The notes: generated from the letters alone by a model not told the origin. Numbered from the stretch's first letter, positions 13,307-26,722 are shown. The stretch: 64,000 bases of DNA from Sphaerodactylus townsendi (GCF_021028975.2 NC_059433.1:58280001-58344000); one strand, 5' to 3'. Made by a program: numbers and translations.

Positions 13307-14405
13307 AGGGGTCCGGGGCACTGTCCTTTAATGGATTGTCTCGTTCCTGCGGGGGCGGAGTCAGCAAGTGTGGTGTGGGGACAAAGCTTCTCGGAGGTGC
13401 CCACTTCATTGCGGTGTGCCTCAGGGGGCATTGTTGTCCCCATTGTTATTTAACATCTACATGCGACCCCTTGCTCAGTTGGTGCAGAGCTTTGGGCTGA
13501 TCTGCCATCAGTATGCTGATGACACTCAGCTCATTCTGTTGATGGAGGGGGGAGCCGTCGCCGCCCCTGCAGCTCTACAGCATTGTTTGGAGGTGGCCGC
13601 TGGTTGGTTACAACAGAGCAGGTTAAAACTGAATCCATCGAAGACAGAGATCCTTTGGCTTGGTCGGGGGGGGGGAGAGATTGGGAATTTTCAGCCGCCG
13701 GTGTGGGAGGGGGTCACATTGGCGCCGACCTCCTCCGTCCGCAGCCTGGGGGTCCACCTGGATTCATCTCTTTCAATGAAGCCCCAGGTGGCCCATATAA
13801 CCCGGGTTGTGTTTTTCCACCTTCGACAGGCCCGTCGGTTGGCTCCCTTCCTCTCCAATGCTGATCTAGCCACTGTGATCCATGCAACGGTCACCTCCAG
13901 GTTAGACTATTGTAACTCGCTCTACGCGGGCCTTCCCTTGCGTCTGATCCGGAAACTGAAACTGGTCCAACATGCGGCGGCTCGTCTGCTCACAGGGGGC
14001 GCCTTTCGAGAACATATTTCCCCTGTGTTGCGCCACCTGCATTGGTTACCGGTTGAATTCCGAATCATCTTCAAGGTGTGGGTATTGACCTTTAAGGCCT
14101 TACGCGACCTGGGACCCTCGTACCTTCAGGACCGCATTACCCCATATGTCCCAGCTCAACCTCTACGTTCAGCAGAGGCCAATCTACTGGAGATCCCTGG
14201 CCCCTCAATGACGCGGCTGGCCTCCACTCGGGCAAGGGCCTTTACGGCTCTGGCGCAGGCCTGGTGGAACACTCTACCACCAGCTGTTCGGGCCCTGTGG
14301 GACCTTGGAGAGTTCCGCAGGGCCTGCAAAACCAAGTTGTTCCACCGGGCCTTTGGAGAGGCCAGCCACTGATGGTGCCTCTGCCCCCCCCCCCTTGCTT
14401 ATAGG
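13307..14405 (+). mobile_element. 5'-truncated L2-clade LINE with an uninterrupted 334-codon RT C-terminal frame (13368-14372)
   Basis: GVPQG, YADD, LNPSKTE, RLDYCNSL and LHWLPV motifs; possible AAAAGTA TSD (13300-13306, 14406-14412). Confidence 0.9.
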
Positions 14406-16207
14406 AAAAGTATTCAGTCCAATTCAGAGCCCGGGGATGGTGGTGCTACTACGCTGCCTCCAGGGGGCTCCCAAACAGTGGTGGGAGGCAGCAAAGATCA
14501 GGAATCCCTGGCCACCTAAAAGTTCTCCAAAGCCCAAAAGGGTCCAAAGTGCTAAGGACGTTCCCAGGCTGAAAGTCTGGTGGAAGACTACTAAAGTTGA
14601 CTCCACCCGGGCAATGCTCTAGTCTACCCCCAGCCACACCGGTGTCCAAGTTCAGGCCAGTGCAGCTCTTCAGGTGTCAGGCTTTTCTGGATCAGGTGCC
14701 ACTGAGATCAGTGGTACCCATCAGCCTCCCTGTTTGCCCACCCTGCCTGACTAAAGTGTCTGGCGGGGAGGGCAAATGTGCTGGTGCAACCCCACCCCAG
14801 CTACAAAAGTCTATTCTGCACCCCTCCCCCCGGGGGATTAGGCTGTCCATCTTGCCACTGGAAGAGGTTCTCTAATTTCAAAAAAAGAACAGAGATGGTA
14901 TGGTTTTCCCACAAACCAGCTTGGCCACTCTGTCACTGTTTAAAGAAGGTCAACAATTGAGTTACTAGAAACTACCAGGGACTGCATAGAAAGTTAATAA
15001 TGAGTTACCAGAGCCTGCACATGTTCCAAGATATCAAATTAATTCCTCTGACTTCAATTTTAAATGCTGAGAGGTTAGCATCAGTTCTGGAAAACTGAAT
15101 ATCAACTTTTTTCTTCTAAAAAGAAGGACTACTGTTGTTTCTAAACTAGCTTCTGTTATGGGCAACCAGAGACCAATAATACTACAAATGCTATATTCCC
15201 CAAATATGTCAAATTCTCAAATGCTCAGGTAAAAGCTGCTCAATGTACTAATGAGCATACATTTTCCTGCCATAGCAACAATGCTAACAGCTGCTAACAT
15301 CCATAATCTTACTGCTGGAATATATTGCTGTTCCAATATGAACTTAGGCTGGGATTCAATGATTAACTCTAAATGTTTGTTGCCTTCAGAAGTAGAGGCA
15401 ATTTTTGCCAATTCTGCATTCCCACTGAAGACCACCCACACTGTTCCCGATGATCCATTCCCTGGAAGTAATGTGTTGTGGAGTTAAGTGGGTTATAGCA
15501 GGACATAGAAATTGGCAGCAATCAGCTCTCCATCCAGTTGGTAGAAATAGTTTATACTTTTGATTCAATCTTAAATATGTTGCATTTATTCAGTAAATTG
15601 CTATCCCATGAAAACCGGAATGGAAAGTGCTGTATGTGGACTCCCAACAATTCAGAACTCCACTTTTATCCAGGGCTATGACCCCTCAAGCTGGCATGCA
15701 TGCTTGTTGTATGGTTACTCCAACAAGGAAATAAAACATTTCAACACAGACTGAAGGCAAGTAACTGAGTTAATGTCTAGGCAATCACTGCTAATATTAT
15801 GCAACTATTGACACAAGCAAGTTGAGGATCTTTGCCAAAAGCAGAGAGTGAGTTTTTTTTTGGTTTCCAAAAAAACAACAACAGTGAAGATAAGCAACGC
15901 CCCATTCTTTTTACTTTCCAAATTACTCAGAACTAGTCTATGCATGTCAGTTCCAGATTGCCAAGACTGTTCAGCATTTCAAGCCAGTGAGCATGGAAAT
16001 GCAGACTCTGAGAGGCCTTCCCAAGAGAAGGAACTGAGCTGAGGAAAAAGAAAATAGCTTTTGCTTCTATAAATCTTCCCTTGCTTACTCACAGGCTATT
16101 GGGAAGAAGCTGTCAGAAAACCACTTATTTATTTAATTTGTATCCCAATGGGAACCCAAAGTGGCTTATATTGTTTTCTGCTCCTCCATCTTATCCTCAC
16201 AACTCCT

Positions 16208-16386
16208 CATAGAATCATACAGTTGGAAGAGACCCCAAGGGCCATCAAGTCCAACCCCCTGCAATGCAGGAACACACAGCACTCACTCCTGACAGATGGC
16301 CATCCAGCCTTTCTTTTAAAAACCCCAAAGAAGGAGACTCCACAACTCTTCGAGGTAGCAAATTCCACTGTTAAACAGCCCTGATG
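16208..16386 (-). mobile_element. CR1 LINE 3' end (first part of a split copy)
   Basis: CATAGAATCATA... and AAGTCCAACCCC, typical CR1 3' terminus; continues at 17532. Confidence 0.8.
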
Positions 16387-17531
16387 TGTAAGGCCTCTGA
16401 CCAATCCTATAAATATAAATATATATTTCTCATAGCAGTATATTTTCCTTTAAAAATCATATTGGCAAAAGCCAGTTGCCAAAAGCACTCCTATGGGTGT
16501 AGGTAGCCGCATGATCACCTGACCACAGCCAAAAGGTCAAAACTACTTTAACAAAAGCTAAGATAATGAGTTACTCCAGCATAACCTGGAGGTCTCATTT
16601 TGTTTGTGGGCATGAGCTTGATTACCTCACCTTGCAAAGATACTGTTAAAGACAAAGAATATGGAAAGCCAACTTGCTATCAGATACTGTCATTTCCCTA
16701 TCTCTTCTGGGAACCCAGGTCAGCAACAAATAGTTGTTCCTTTGCATTTCCTTCCCTTTGTTATGACTCTCCTAAACCACTTACCTTATCCTGATCTAAT
16801 GTCTCTGTCAAATCTGAATATCCTGGGCAGTGACTCTCAAGAGTTAATCTGCATGGAAGCCTTTCAGCGTTTCCTCGTTTAGCTTAACAAAGCAATTTTG
16901 GCCCCATTGTCCCGGGTTTAGCAGTAGATGAGCTGACTAATTACCTCAGCACCCCCAAACCCAGCACAGATGTGAAACTTAGTGTGATTGGTTCCTTTCC
17001 CACCAAGGAACGACCCACCTTATAAAAGTTTAGTTCACCTGCAACATTTTGCTCATTGCCACATGTTCTTGTTGGTGTTGAGACATGAATTCGTCCTTCA
17101 TTGGGTTTCTGTGCTGGCATGGAATCCCTGCCTTCTACTTCTACTCTTCTAAGAATCGTTAGGTAACGTATTACCCCACAACAACCCCCATTCCCTTCTC
17201 TATCATCCAATCTATCTTTCAAACCTGCTTATATCCTAGGCAACTTGAATGTATGTGCTTTTGTGTCTCACTGTGTGTATGCATTTCTGAACCAAATTTA
17301 TATAAAACATTTAAACTCAATTTGGACTCTTGCATTACTCTGTGGAATATTCATTGCCAGAATTCCTTCCCCGTATTATACAGTCTAAAAGATCTCCTCT
17401 TGGCCCCTCTTGCTGCCAATGTGAGTTCATTCCCCTTTGCTACTTTTAAAACCCTATGTGTGCTGTTACACTTTTAGCAGCTGGTGGAGAATCCCTTTAA
17501 TTAAACCCTTACCCCTGTTAGGCCAGTAACA
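16387..17531 (+). mobile_element. Solo LTR (~1145 bp) inserted into the CR1
   Basis: TGTAA...TAACA termini, exact 4-bp TSD GATG, TATAAAAG at 17021, ATTAAA near the 3' end. Confidence 0.8.
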
Positions 17532-18030
17532 GATGGTTAGGAAGTTCTTCCTAATGTTTAGGTGGAATCTCTTTTCCTGCACCTTAAATCCATTACTCCA
17601 GGTCCTAGTCTCTGAGGCAACAGAAAACAAGCTTGCTCCCTCTTCAATATGGCATCCCTTCAAATATTTAAACATAACTATCATGTCTCCCCTTAATCTT
17701 CACTTCTCCAGACGAAACATCCCCAGTTCCCTAAACCTCTCTTCATAGGGCATAGACTCCAGACCTTTGACCATTTTGGTTGCCCTCCTCTGGACCCGTT
17801 CTAGCTTGTCAATATCCTTTTTGAATTGCGGTGCCCAGAACTGTACACAATATTCATTCAAGGTGAGGTCTAACCAATGCAGAATAGAGAGGTACAATTT
17901 CATCCCTCGATCTTGACACTATATTCTTATTGATACAGCCCAAAATCACATTGGGCTTCTTGGTTGCCACATCACACTGCTAAGTCATGTTTAGTTTATG
18001 GTCTACTAAGACTCCCAGATCCCTTTCACA
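17532..18030 (-). mobile_element. CR1 LINE ORF2 C-terminal fragment
   Basis: [33 protein letters not shown] and ERDLGVLVDHKLNM motifs, frameshifted. Confidence 0.9.
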
Positions 18031-19504
18031 TGTAGGGTTGTGAGGAAGGTTAGGCTGGCAGAGTATGACTGGCCCAAGGTCATCCAGCAAGTTTCCATGG
18101 CAGAGTGAGGATTCGAACCCAGGTCTTCCAGATATTAGTTTGATACTCTTTATCACTACACCACACTGGCTCTCAAATTTCATCTGTAGTAAAAAAGAAA
18201 AAGAGACAGTATATGTGGTAACGTAGCAGCGCAGTGGAACAAAGGGAGACAGAAAGAGAGAGAGAGACTGTGGGAGACTGTTGAATATATGCTTCCAGAA
18301 GCCATCTGGAGCAGATAAAGCAATTTATAACCTACAAGCAAGCCCTACATTACAATTGTTTGTTTTAGTGTCTCAAATAGGGCCTTTCACCTAGGGAATT
18401 TACAAAGAACATTTTTGGCAGTGGCATAGCACCAATGGGGCAGTGATGCACTGGGCATGTACAGGGGCACAGGCATACCCTGGGCGCAGTTCCCCCTCGC
18501 TCCGGCTCTGATTTTTGGGATTATAATAATCCCACAGTGCTACTTAGAGCCCCCTTGCTACAAGAGAGACCCAAAGGAGGCAACACAGAACACCACTGAT
18601 TATCACCAACAGCTCACAATTTACCACTTCTACTCATCATCAATTACTTAAATCCTGTCCTGGATAAGGATATTTCTCTTTCAGGCCATGGGTAATGGGC
18701 CCTGCCTTGTTTACATGCAGCCCCCACACAGCTTCTTACCAATGACCATCCAACAGACACATAAACCCAAGAACCAAAACCTGCAGCAGACCTGGAGGTC
18801 AACCTTGTCCCAACAGAAAGTCATGTAATACGATTAAAGGACCTAATAAAATTTGATATACTATCCTGGGCTCAGCCACTTGCACACTGTCCATTTAATG
18901 TATATCATCATGTTGCAATAATGCCCTTCTACTGTCTATACTGGACAACCATTTCAGTATCTGTATGAGAGTACAAATTGGACATAAGAAATCACAACAT
19001 CTAAAAACCAATGGGGGAATATTTTAATTGCCCTGGACTTAATATCACAGCCCCAAAAGTAACTTTTGTACCAAACAAAACAAACCTTCAGAGGGAATAT
19101 ATAACATGACAGTGCTGAATAAGAACTCATCAATAAACTAAACAGTACATGTCATCTTTCCCATAAGAAGAATTCTCAGCATGATGTTCTACTTACAAAT
19201 TGAAAAAGTGAGTGGCAGCTCAAAAAAAGGTCATATGGAAATAAATACGGTTAGTAATTCATGCGCCACCGTTTTGTTTTATTGTGGAAAAAAATCTGGG
19301 GGGAAATGTGGATAGGTGGCCATGTCAGTGGGAGAAGGCTGTGCATATTTAAGTCAGTGCTTGAGAGAAGGGAGTACATGTGTATGTAACAGTTGTCTGT
19401 ATGCACATGCACACTAGAGTCTATTTCCTCCCTGTCCATTGCCTTCTCCGTCTACCGCTATAGTTAGGTATATAACGTTATATAAATACATTATTCACCA
19501 ACTT

Positions 19505-19705
19505 CTTTTATACTCTGCCTTTCTCCACTATGGAGACTGAAATCAGTTTATATTGTTCTCCTCTTCTCCATTTTATCCTCACAACAACCCTGCAAAGTAG
19601 TTTAATCTGAGAGACTGTGAGTGGCCCAGGATTAAGCATCAAGCTTCCGTGGCAGACTAAGGGTTCAAAGATGGGTCTCCCATAGCCCAGTCTGACACTC
19701 CAAGA
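19505..19705 (-). mobile_element. Older tRNA-derived SINE; similar degenerate copies near 10575, 11380, 18035, 20265, 23657 and 57110
   Basis: CCTCACAACAACCCTG...GGCCCAGG...GGTTCAAA family motifs. Confidence 0.6.
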
Positions 19706-20359
19706 TGATCCCACATTGGCTGTCAGTGCCTTTTCCATGTGCCATAGAGGGGCATCAAAGAGCACCATGGACGGGCACCAGCAGCAGAGCTTGTGGGAAA
19801 GGTGATGGAGCCGAACTCCCCACCCCCTTCCTTCCCCCAAGCAGCTCATGTTTGCTCATGATCTGGAGTACCTCACAAACAAAATGCACCCACGGGTCCT
19901 AATGTGGGCCATGGTGAAAGAAGAGTGGGCTTAGCCCTTCTCCCATTGTGCTGCATTGTATTGTGGTATACAAACAACTGCCCTGGTTACTGTATTATGT
20001 CTAAAACAAAATTTAAGCAAACTTCTACCCTACACTGAAAAACAAATCCACATTTGGACCACTTATCCTTTCTCCTCCTCCTCCTCATTATTATTATTAT
20101 TTCTTCTTCGGTATACCACCGCATCCCCAAAGAGCTCTGGGTGGTGTACAACATAATCATCATAAAATAAAAGTAACAAGAGGGGAGAGTTTCATCAGTT
20201 ACATACATTATACAGAAAGGATTAAAAAGTTAACAGAAGTGTGAGCTGGTGTGGCAGTTAATGCTAACGTGGGGTGTCCCGGGTTCAAATCGCCCCTCAG
20301 CAATTACATTCACTGAGTGTCCTTGGGCAAGGTAGCGTGTATCTCTCTGCCTAATTTAC

Positions 20360-21370
20360 TTTATCGGGATGTTTGACAACATAAAAGGAAGGAGGGGAGA
20401 GCTGGGTGCGCGCCCTGCAGAGGAAGGGGCAGGTCAGGATAGAAAGACCAAAGCCAGGGGGAGTTCCTTACCCGTTGCTGTCGAACCCCCTCCCCACTTC
20501 TTTGCATTAACCTTTTCTCGGGCACTGGGAGCGCGCGCACACACACACACACACACACCCCTCCCGCGAGCAGCATGTGAAGAGCCGAGGGGCTTTAGGC
20601 AGCCCCGTTCTTAAGCCACGAGAGCCCAGGAGCGATTCCTGCAGCAGAAGGCGCGCAGGGCAGCCCACTTGCTGCGCATTCCAGGCTCGCCCGGGCATTC
20701 GCGCGCGCTCTTTACCTTCCACGCCTGGTCCAGGTGAAAGTCTCGAGCGCGCAAGAAGCGCAACAGGAAGGCGTCCGAGAGTCCGAGCGGCCACGGCTGG
20801 ACGCGCCCTTCCTCGGCTCGGTGCCGCAGTTCAGCAACGGCGGCTCTCACGGCGGGCGCGTCGTCCGGCAGGTCGTTCAGGTTCCCCGGGAGGGCAGGCG
20901 GCTCCTCCGGGCTCATGGCAACGCTGCTGCGCGGGCCGGAGCAGCCAAGGGAAGGATGGGGTGCCCCGCTGGGCTGGTGCGCGGGCAGAGCTGGCTTCTC
21001 CCCGGGCCCAACTTTCGCACTGCCTTACATAACACAAGCAACGAGCGGCGACTGGCCTGACCAGACCAGCCGGCTGCCAAAAGTACCTCGGAACAAAGTC
21101 GGGCCCACACTTCCCCATTGGCAAGTAGGCGGCAAGCCAACGAACAAGCCAACCAACGAGCCCGTCCGCAGCCTCGCCCCACCAGCCTGGACTCCGCCGC
21201 CGGCCCCTCCCCACATTGGGGTCCCCGGAGTGACGTTGCTAGAGCAGCACGGGGGCTGGGGAAGGGGACCCTCCATTGGGCAAGGAGGGGCCACAACGGG
21301 GCAACTCCATTGGCTGTTAAATTCGCGGGCAGCTGCAGAAAAAGATTTTTGACTTCACACTTACGCATCG
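20360..21370. promoter_or_regulatory. CpG island over TTPA exon 1 and promoter
   Basis: GC- and CpG-dense sequence; (CA)n at ~20537-20558. Confidence 0.75.
20716..20916 (-). CDS. TTPA: TTPA exon 1 (MSPEEPP...[22 protein letters not shown])
   Basis: CRAL-TRIO N-terminal [11 protein letters not shown] motif, GCCATG start, AAG|GTAAA donor; five exons total 831 nt = 276 aa + stop. Confidence 0.95.
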
Positions 21371-21376
21371 CTGCAT

Positions 21377-21508
21377 GGCCCCTTCTGCGCGTGCAGAATA
21401 ATGCAGTTATTTCACAATTGTTTGCAAGTGGATTTTGCTAGTCTGCACAATTAAATCCAGCTGCAAAATGGATTGAAAGTGCATTATTCTGCAAGTGTAG
21501 AAGGGGCC
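21377..21508. mobile_element. PIF/Harbinger-like MITE
   Basis: TIR GGCCCCTTC...GCAGAATAATGCA; second copy at 48240. Confidence 0.7.
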
Positions 21509-21625
21509 CTGGTGAACTAAACCACTGGACCCCTGGATAGGAGGGGAGTTCCCTAATTAAAGATGCGCATTCAGGATCGCTGAGAGATTTAGCCTGAGCT
21601 GGAACTTGCCAAGATCTACGCCAAC

Positions 21626-22239
21626 CAGAGGTGTAGCTGGGAAAAATGGAGTCCAGGGTGGACTCTGAGTTTTCCCATGGGCCCCTGCCCCACTCCCATT
21701 CCACCCCCCCACATGCCCCCCACGCGCCTCACTTACCTTAGGGGCTGGGCAGGGGTGTGCACAGCGGCCCCTGCTGGGGAGACCCGCATGTTACCAGTCC
21801 AGCTTCCCAGCAGGCACCTGTGCACGCAGAATGGTGTGTGATCCTATTCCCTCACCAGCAACTTTCAGTTCCCAAGAGTGGCCATCCAACACCCCTGGCG
21901 CACTCCTGCCAGGCTAACAGAGAGGCAAGGAGACAAGGTGGTTGGGGCCATGCCTCCTCTTGGTGGCGCCAGCAGAGAGGGCAAGAGGCAGGCCCGGAGG
22001 GGGGCTCTTGCACAGCTTGAAGGCCATACCCTGGCATGCCAAAGGGAGGTGGGGCTGGGCAGGGGCGCCCGGCAGCAGCCTCCACCAGGCCTGGCAGGGT
22101 GAGGCTGGCCCAGCAGCAGCCTCTGCTAGGCTTGGTGTGGTGGGACAAGGGGGGGAGGAGGGATGTGGGGGGTGATTTTCAACCCCCTATGTACCTGGTG
22201 CGCCGGTCCCCACCCTGTCCCCTGGTAGCTATGCCACTG
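21626..22239. mobile_element. GC-rich non-autonomous hAT-like element
   Basis: Termini CAGAGGTGTAGCT / AGCTATGCCACTG; degenerate 8-bp TSD (ACGCCAAC/TCTCCAAC). Confidence 0.55.
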
Positions 22240-23039
22240 TCTCCAACACCCTTTTAAAATCAATATATTCCAAAGACATGCAGGCATGATTTTTCCGTTT
22301 ACTCTCTTCTGTGTCAAACGTTAGATTGTTAACTTCTTGGGGACAGTTTTTCTTGTTACTTGTGCAGCAACATGGACACTGATGGTGTGATTGCAATATA
22401 TATCTAAATCTACAAAACCTCAGTCCTGGGACATAGTAGTAATAAGAAGAGTGCATCTGAGCATGCTTAGAGCAGCTTTCCTTTACCAACTCATACCAAC
22501 AGCACAGCAAAGCTATTTTGCGTCTGGGATCTAGAGAAAGGGCTGTTTAAACTGGAGCTGTGTAAACCTGGATGTTCGCTTTATAGAAATTAAGTACCAG
22601 ATGAGATCCACCATTTATTTTACTAACATGATTCCACTTCCAATCAAGATGGCTATAACAAAGGCACCCCCACCTTTTTAATGCAAAACTAAAATAGATT
22701 CCCAATTATATTGGTGATTTTAAATCTGAAACAGAAGGGTTTGATGTATATATGGCATCATTCAGATAGTTCACTGTCCTGCACAGGACAAATATTGATC
22801 ACATTTGGGCAAACCAGAGTATCTCTACTCTTAAAAAAGTTTTGCAAATCCTAAAGTTCCTCTGATTTTTAGAGCTGAATCCTTGGTTGAGCAGGAAATT
22901 TTGTGCAGGAAAATTTCAATTTATTCTTAAACTGTTGATCAGGAACATTTTTACCAAACAAGTTATTCAGCTATTTCTTCATTCCACTCAAATGTTTAGT
23001 TGTTTGCTAACTTAAGAGGCTATTCATTCAAGAATTGCT

Positions 23040-23157
23040 GGCTGATTCCGCATAGGCCAAAAACAGCGGTGTGAAAATGGTGTAAACCCTTTTACACTGT
23101 TTTAAATCCTTTTACACTGTTTTCACACTGCTGTTTTTAGCCCATGCGTAATCTGCC
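23040..23157. mobile_element. Harbinger-like palindromic MITE
   Basis: GGCTGATTCCGCA / TGCGTAATCTGCC termini with long imperfect arms. Confidence 0.6.
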
Positions 23158-24629
23158 ATTGTGTCAGGAAAAAGTTAGGCTGAGAAAAAGATCAAATAAA
23201 AGTTCAAACTGCCACTACCATGCTTTCCATGATTATGCTACAACTGTGCATTTCACTTTTTTTTTAACTGGGTGCTCAACCTGGTCAACTTTAGTTTACC
23301 CCCCTGGGAGTCATACGCAAAATTCTCTGCTGCCTTTGCAACTTATCAGGATTTCTGTACAAGCAGCCACATGTTGAAGATGCTATAACTCATTCAGGCA
23401 TTCTCAACTACCACTGAAAAGCAGACAACCTCTTTTCTGTGGAGCACAATGTATCTCTGTCTAATTTACTTTATCAGGATGTTTGAAAATATAAAACAAA
23501 GGAGGGGGAAGTAACTGGAAGTTATACTGCTTGTGGGCATTTCATAAGATCAAAAGAGAAGATACAAAGTGACAAAATCAGCACATTTTGAAAATGCAGT
23601 TACATGAATGTGAATAGAAGAGTTATGTGAATGAGCTGTCATGGAGGATCATATAAATAGTGTAGTGATTAAGGTGTTCGACTAGGATCTGGGAAATCCA
23701 GGCTCAAATACCCACTCTGCCATGGAAATTTGCTGGGTGACCTTAGGCCAGTCATATGCTCTCAGCCTCAACCCTGGCAAATATTTGGACGGGCAAACTC
23801 CAAGGGATACCAGGGGTGTGATGTGGAGAAAGGCAATGACAAACCACCTTTGAACATCTCTTGCCTTGAAACCCTTATGTCAACTGTGACTGGACAGCAA
23901 AATAAAAAAAAATGTTTATTAATATGAATGTTTTGAAAAGCAGTACAGCATAGTTAACTTTTATTTCTGTAAATAATATATTTGTATCATTCATGTGCAT
24001 CCAGTTAAATACTGCATTCATTCACTAAACCATCAATGCTTGAGTTGTTATCGAAGTCATTCCGCAGCTACTGACTTTAAGAAACTTTCGGTGAGGTTCT
24101 AAAGACAGGTACACCCATTGCCACCTATTGTTTTCAATGCTCAGTACATGCTAGAGGTGTGACTGCACCTTGGATATACCAATGCTATGAGGGTAACTGC
24201 ATAGGGTGTCACTGTGCAGTTATAAGATGTACTTTCCTGAGAGTAAAAATAATTGAATAGACTTGAGTAGGTTTCTAAGTAGACTGGTCTTCCTTGGAAC
24301 AGGAGTAATTTTTTTTTATCCCAGGAAAATGAGGCAGAAGTGTTATTTGTGAAACGTGTTTGAAATGGAACAATGGCTAGTAACATCCCTCTAGTTGAAG
24401 GGATTAATTTTTTATAATAGTTTTTTAAAATGTGGGTTATTAGCATTCTTTAACTACCTTCTACCGTGATCACTGCTTCAACCCAATATTCGTCTACCTT
24501 AGCTTGTTGTTCCTCTACCATACCAGTTTAATAGAAAGAAAATGCTGAGAGAATTACCTTACATTTCTTGTGTTTGGTGGTACCTGTGTTCAGAGTTAAA
24601 GATTTATTATGTATGTGTTGATGAGTAGC

Positions 24630-25060
24630 TGACCAGGTGCCACCCTGGAAAATCTGGCCAGTTCTCTGGAGGCCATGGCAAAATTAATGGTTAAAATTAA
24701 ATCCAGCAAAGATGGAGGTTCTGTTGCTGAGCCAGGAAAATGCTAGAGTGACAATGTGCAATTAACACCTAGGCCATCAGTCACGAGCCTGAGTGTGATC
24801 CTGGACTCTTTCTATGAAGGTCCAGGTCACACAGTGGCCAGACTCGCATTCTTCCATCTCCACCAGGTCATGCAACTGGCACATGATCTGCCTCGCCCTG
24901 ACCTAGCCACTGTAATCCATGCAGTGGTCATCTCCAGATTGGATTACTGTAACTCGCTCTATGCAGGGCTACCCTGGGGCCTGATCTGGAAACCCCAACT
25001 GGTGCAGAATGTGACTGCATAGGTCCTAATGAGGACACCATGGAGGGCCCATATTCAAGC
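24630..25060 (+). mobile_element. Degenerate L2 fragment
   Basis: DLATVIHAVVISRLDYCNSLYAGLP, homologous to the 13368 ORF. Confidence 0.8.
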
Positions 25061-25507
25061 AGCAGGAATGAGCATTTGGGTAAAACCAAACAGAAAAAAA
25101 AATCTCTACAAAATACCTTGTTGTTATTTTTCAGGGTTATTTTCTCCCAGAAAAAGGCAACAATAAACAGGAGCCAAATAAACAGATCCCAAAGAATGCT
25201 AAAAAAAATGGCATTTTTGGGCCCATTTCACTGGTCACCTTAAAACAGAAAAAAAGAAAAGAACCCCCCACTCCCTGCTCCCTTACTCCACAAGGACTTT
25301 GGAAGTGGAACATGCAGTTCAGTGCTGGCAGATACTAACTTAAATAAGGATGAATTAAACCACATGCAAGGCTGTCCTTTGCTCGGAAAGAATCAGTGAA
25401 AACAATGCTTCATTGCTAATACAAGTGTGTGTGTGTGTGTGTATTTTGGCTTGGATATACTTTTAAGAGGCTAGATCCAAACAGAACACTCAAGGGACTA
25501 CCTATAC

Positions 25508-25653
25508 CCGTGGTGGCGAACCTTTGGCACTCCAGATGCTATGGACTACAATTCCCATCAGCCCCTTCCAGCATGGCCAATTGGCCATGCTGGCAGGGGC
25601 TGATGGGAATTGTAGTCCATAACATCTGGAGTGCCAAAGGTTCGCCACCACTG
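25508..25653. mobile_element. Palindromic hAT MITE
   Basis: Near-perfect fold-back; 8-bp TSD ACCTATAC. Confidence 0.9.
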
Positions 25654-26574
25654 ACCTATACTCAGTGAAACGTTTGCTTTCTTCCCTTTGTAAAGATTCT
25701 CACTATGGCAATTAACACATGTTTAGAATCTTTCATGTTTCAAAAGTACTGTAAGTATGAACTGCTGTTTTACAAGAACAAGTACAAAGTTTAATTAGGT
25801 GCATGAAATTCATTGCATATGTTTTTTGATCTTGGCCAATATATTTACATTTATAGTATGTTATTTCTTTAGGCTCAAAAATTCATAGTAATAATTTAAT
25901 TGAACTCCCATGCAAATTCATAAAGGAATATGCCCTGTGAAAAACAAGTTTTACTTCTGAGGACACAGGGTCAAGAGTATGCATGTTACCCATGTATACA
26001 GGGAGGGGTGGTGGTGGTCACTTTATCAGGTCTGAGAAGCCCAGCCTGAGCTGCAAACTTGTTACTGTGATGTGAAATAGTTGTGCTGTGTTAGAAATAG
26101 GTTTCATCCATAACTCATGATACATGGGAATGGATGGGATTACGTGCCACAACTCTGGGTAGAAAAGATTATTCTTTGGCCCCAACTGATGCTGAAAGTA
26201 TTGATGATATAAGATCAATCCTATGCAGTTATTCCAGTCAACCCATTGCTTTCAATCGATTTAAACTAGAATAACTCTTCTTGGAATTGTACTGAAAGTC
26301 ACTGTAAATCCTTGTTCTGCCACTTTAACTGCCTGTAATTAGCGCTCAACCTTCCCTATTTTGGGATACTAATTTTATGAAGTCATCAGCAGAGAGTTAT
26401 AACAAGTGGCTTCCAGTAAAGCTATTGTTCACTTAACAACCAGGCAGCAGCGTTTTCTGTAAAACTGTTTATATGTTTTAAAACTAACTTGAAAACTACT
26501 GACTGTAGCACAATATTTTGATTTCAGGTCTTCCATTTATTTGTGGGGCTTAGTTGCCATGGATTCCCGTAAAG

Positions 26575-26722
26575 CAGGGGTAGGGAACCTGCGGCTCTCC
26601 AGTTGTTCAGGAACTACAATTCCCATCAGCCCCTACCATCATGGCCAATTGGCCATGCTGATAGAGGCTGATGGGAATTGTAGTTCCTGAACATCTGGAG
26701 AGCCGCAGGTTCCCTACCCCTG
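26575..26722. mobile_element. Palindromic hAT MITE
   Basis: TIR CAGGGGTAGGGAACCT; TSD CCGTAAAG. Confidence 0.92.

Noticed and set aside
9459-20916. Possible loss of function or unusual divergence in TTPA
   Set aside because: All exon sizes, phases and splice sites are intact, and residues known to matter in human TTPA (the LRARD, KVRG and exon 4 terminal arginines, GYH histidine, EYGG) are retained
20361-22320. Many overlapping 70-150 aa ORFs
   Set aside because: Stop-poor GC-rich CpG island and a GC-rich transposon; only TTPA exon 1 has protein motifs and splice support
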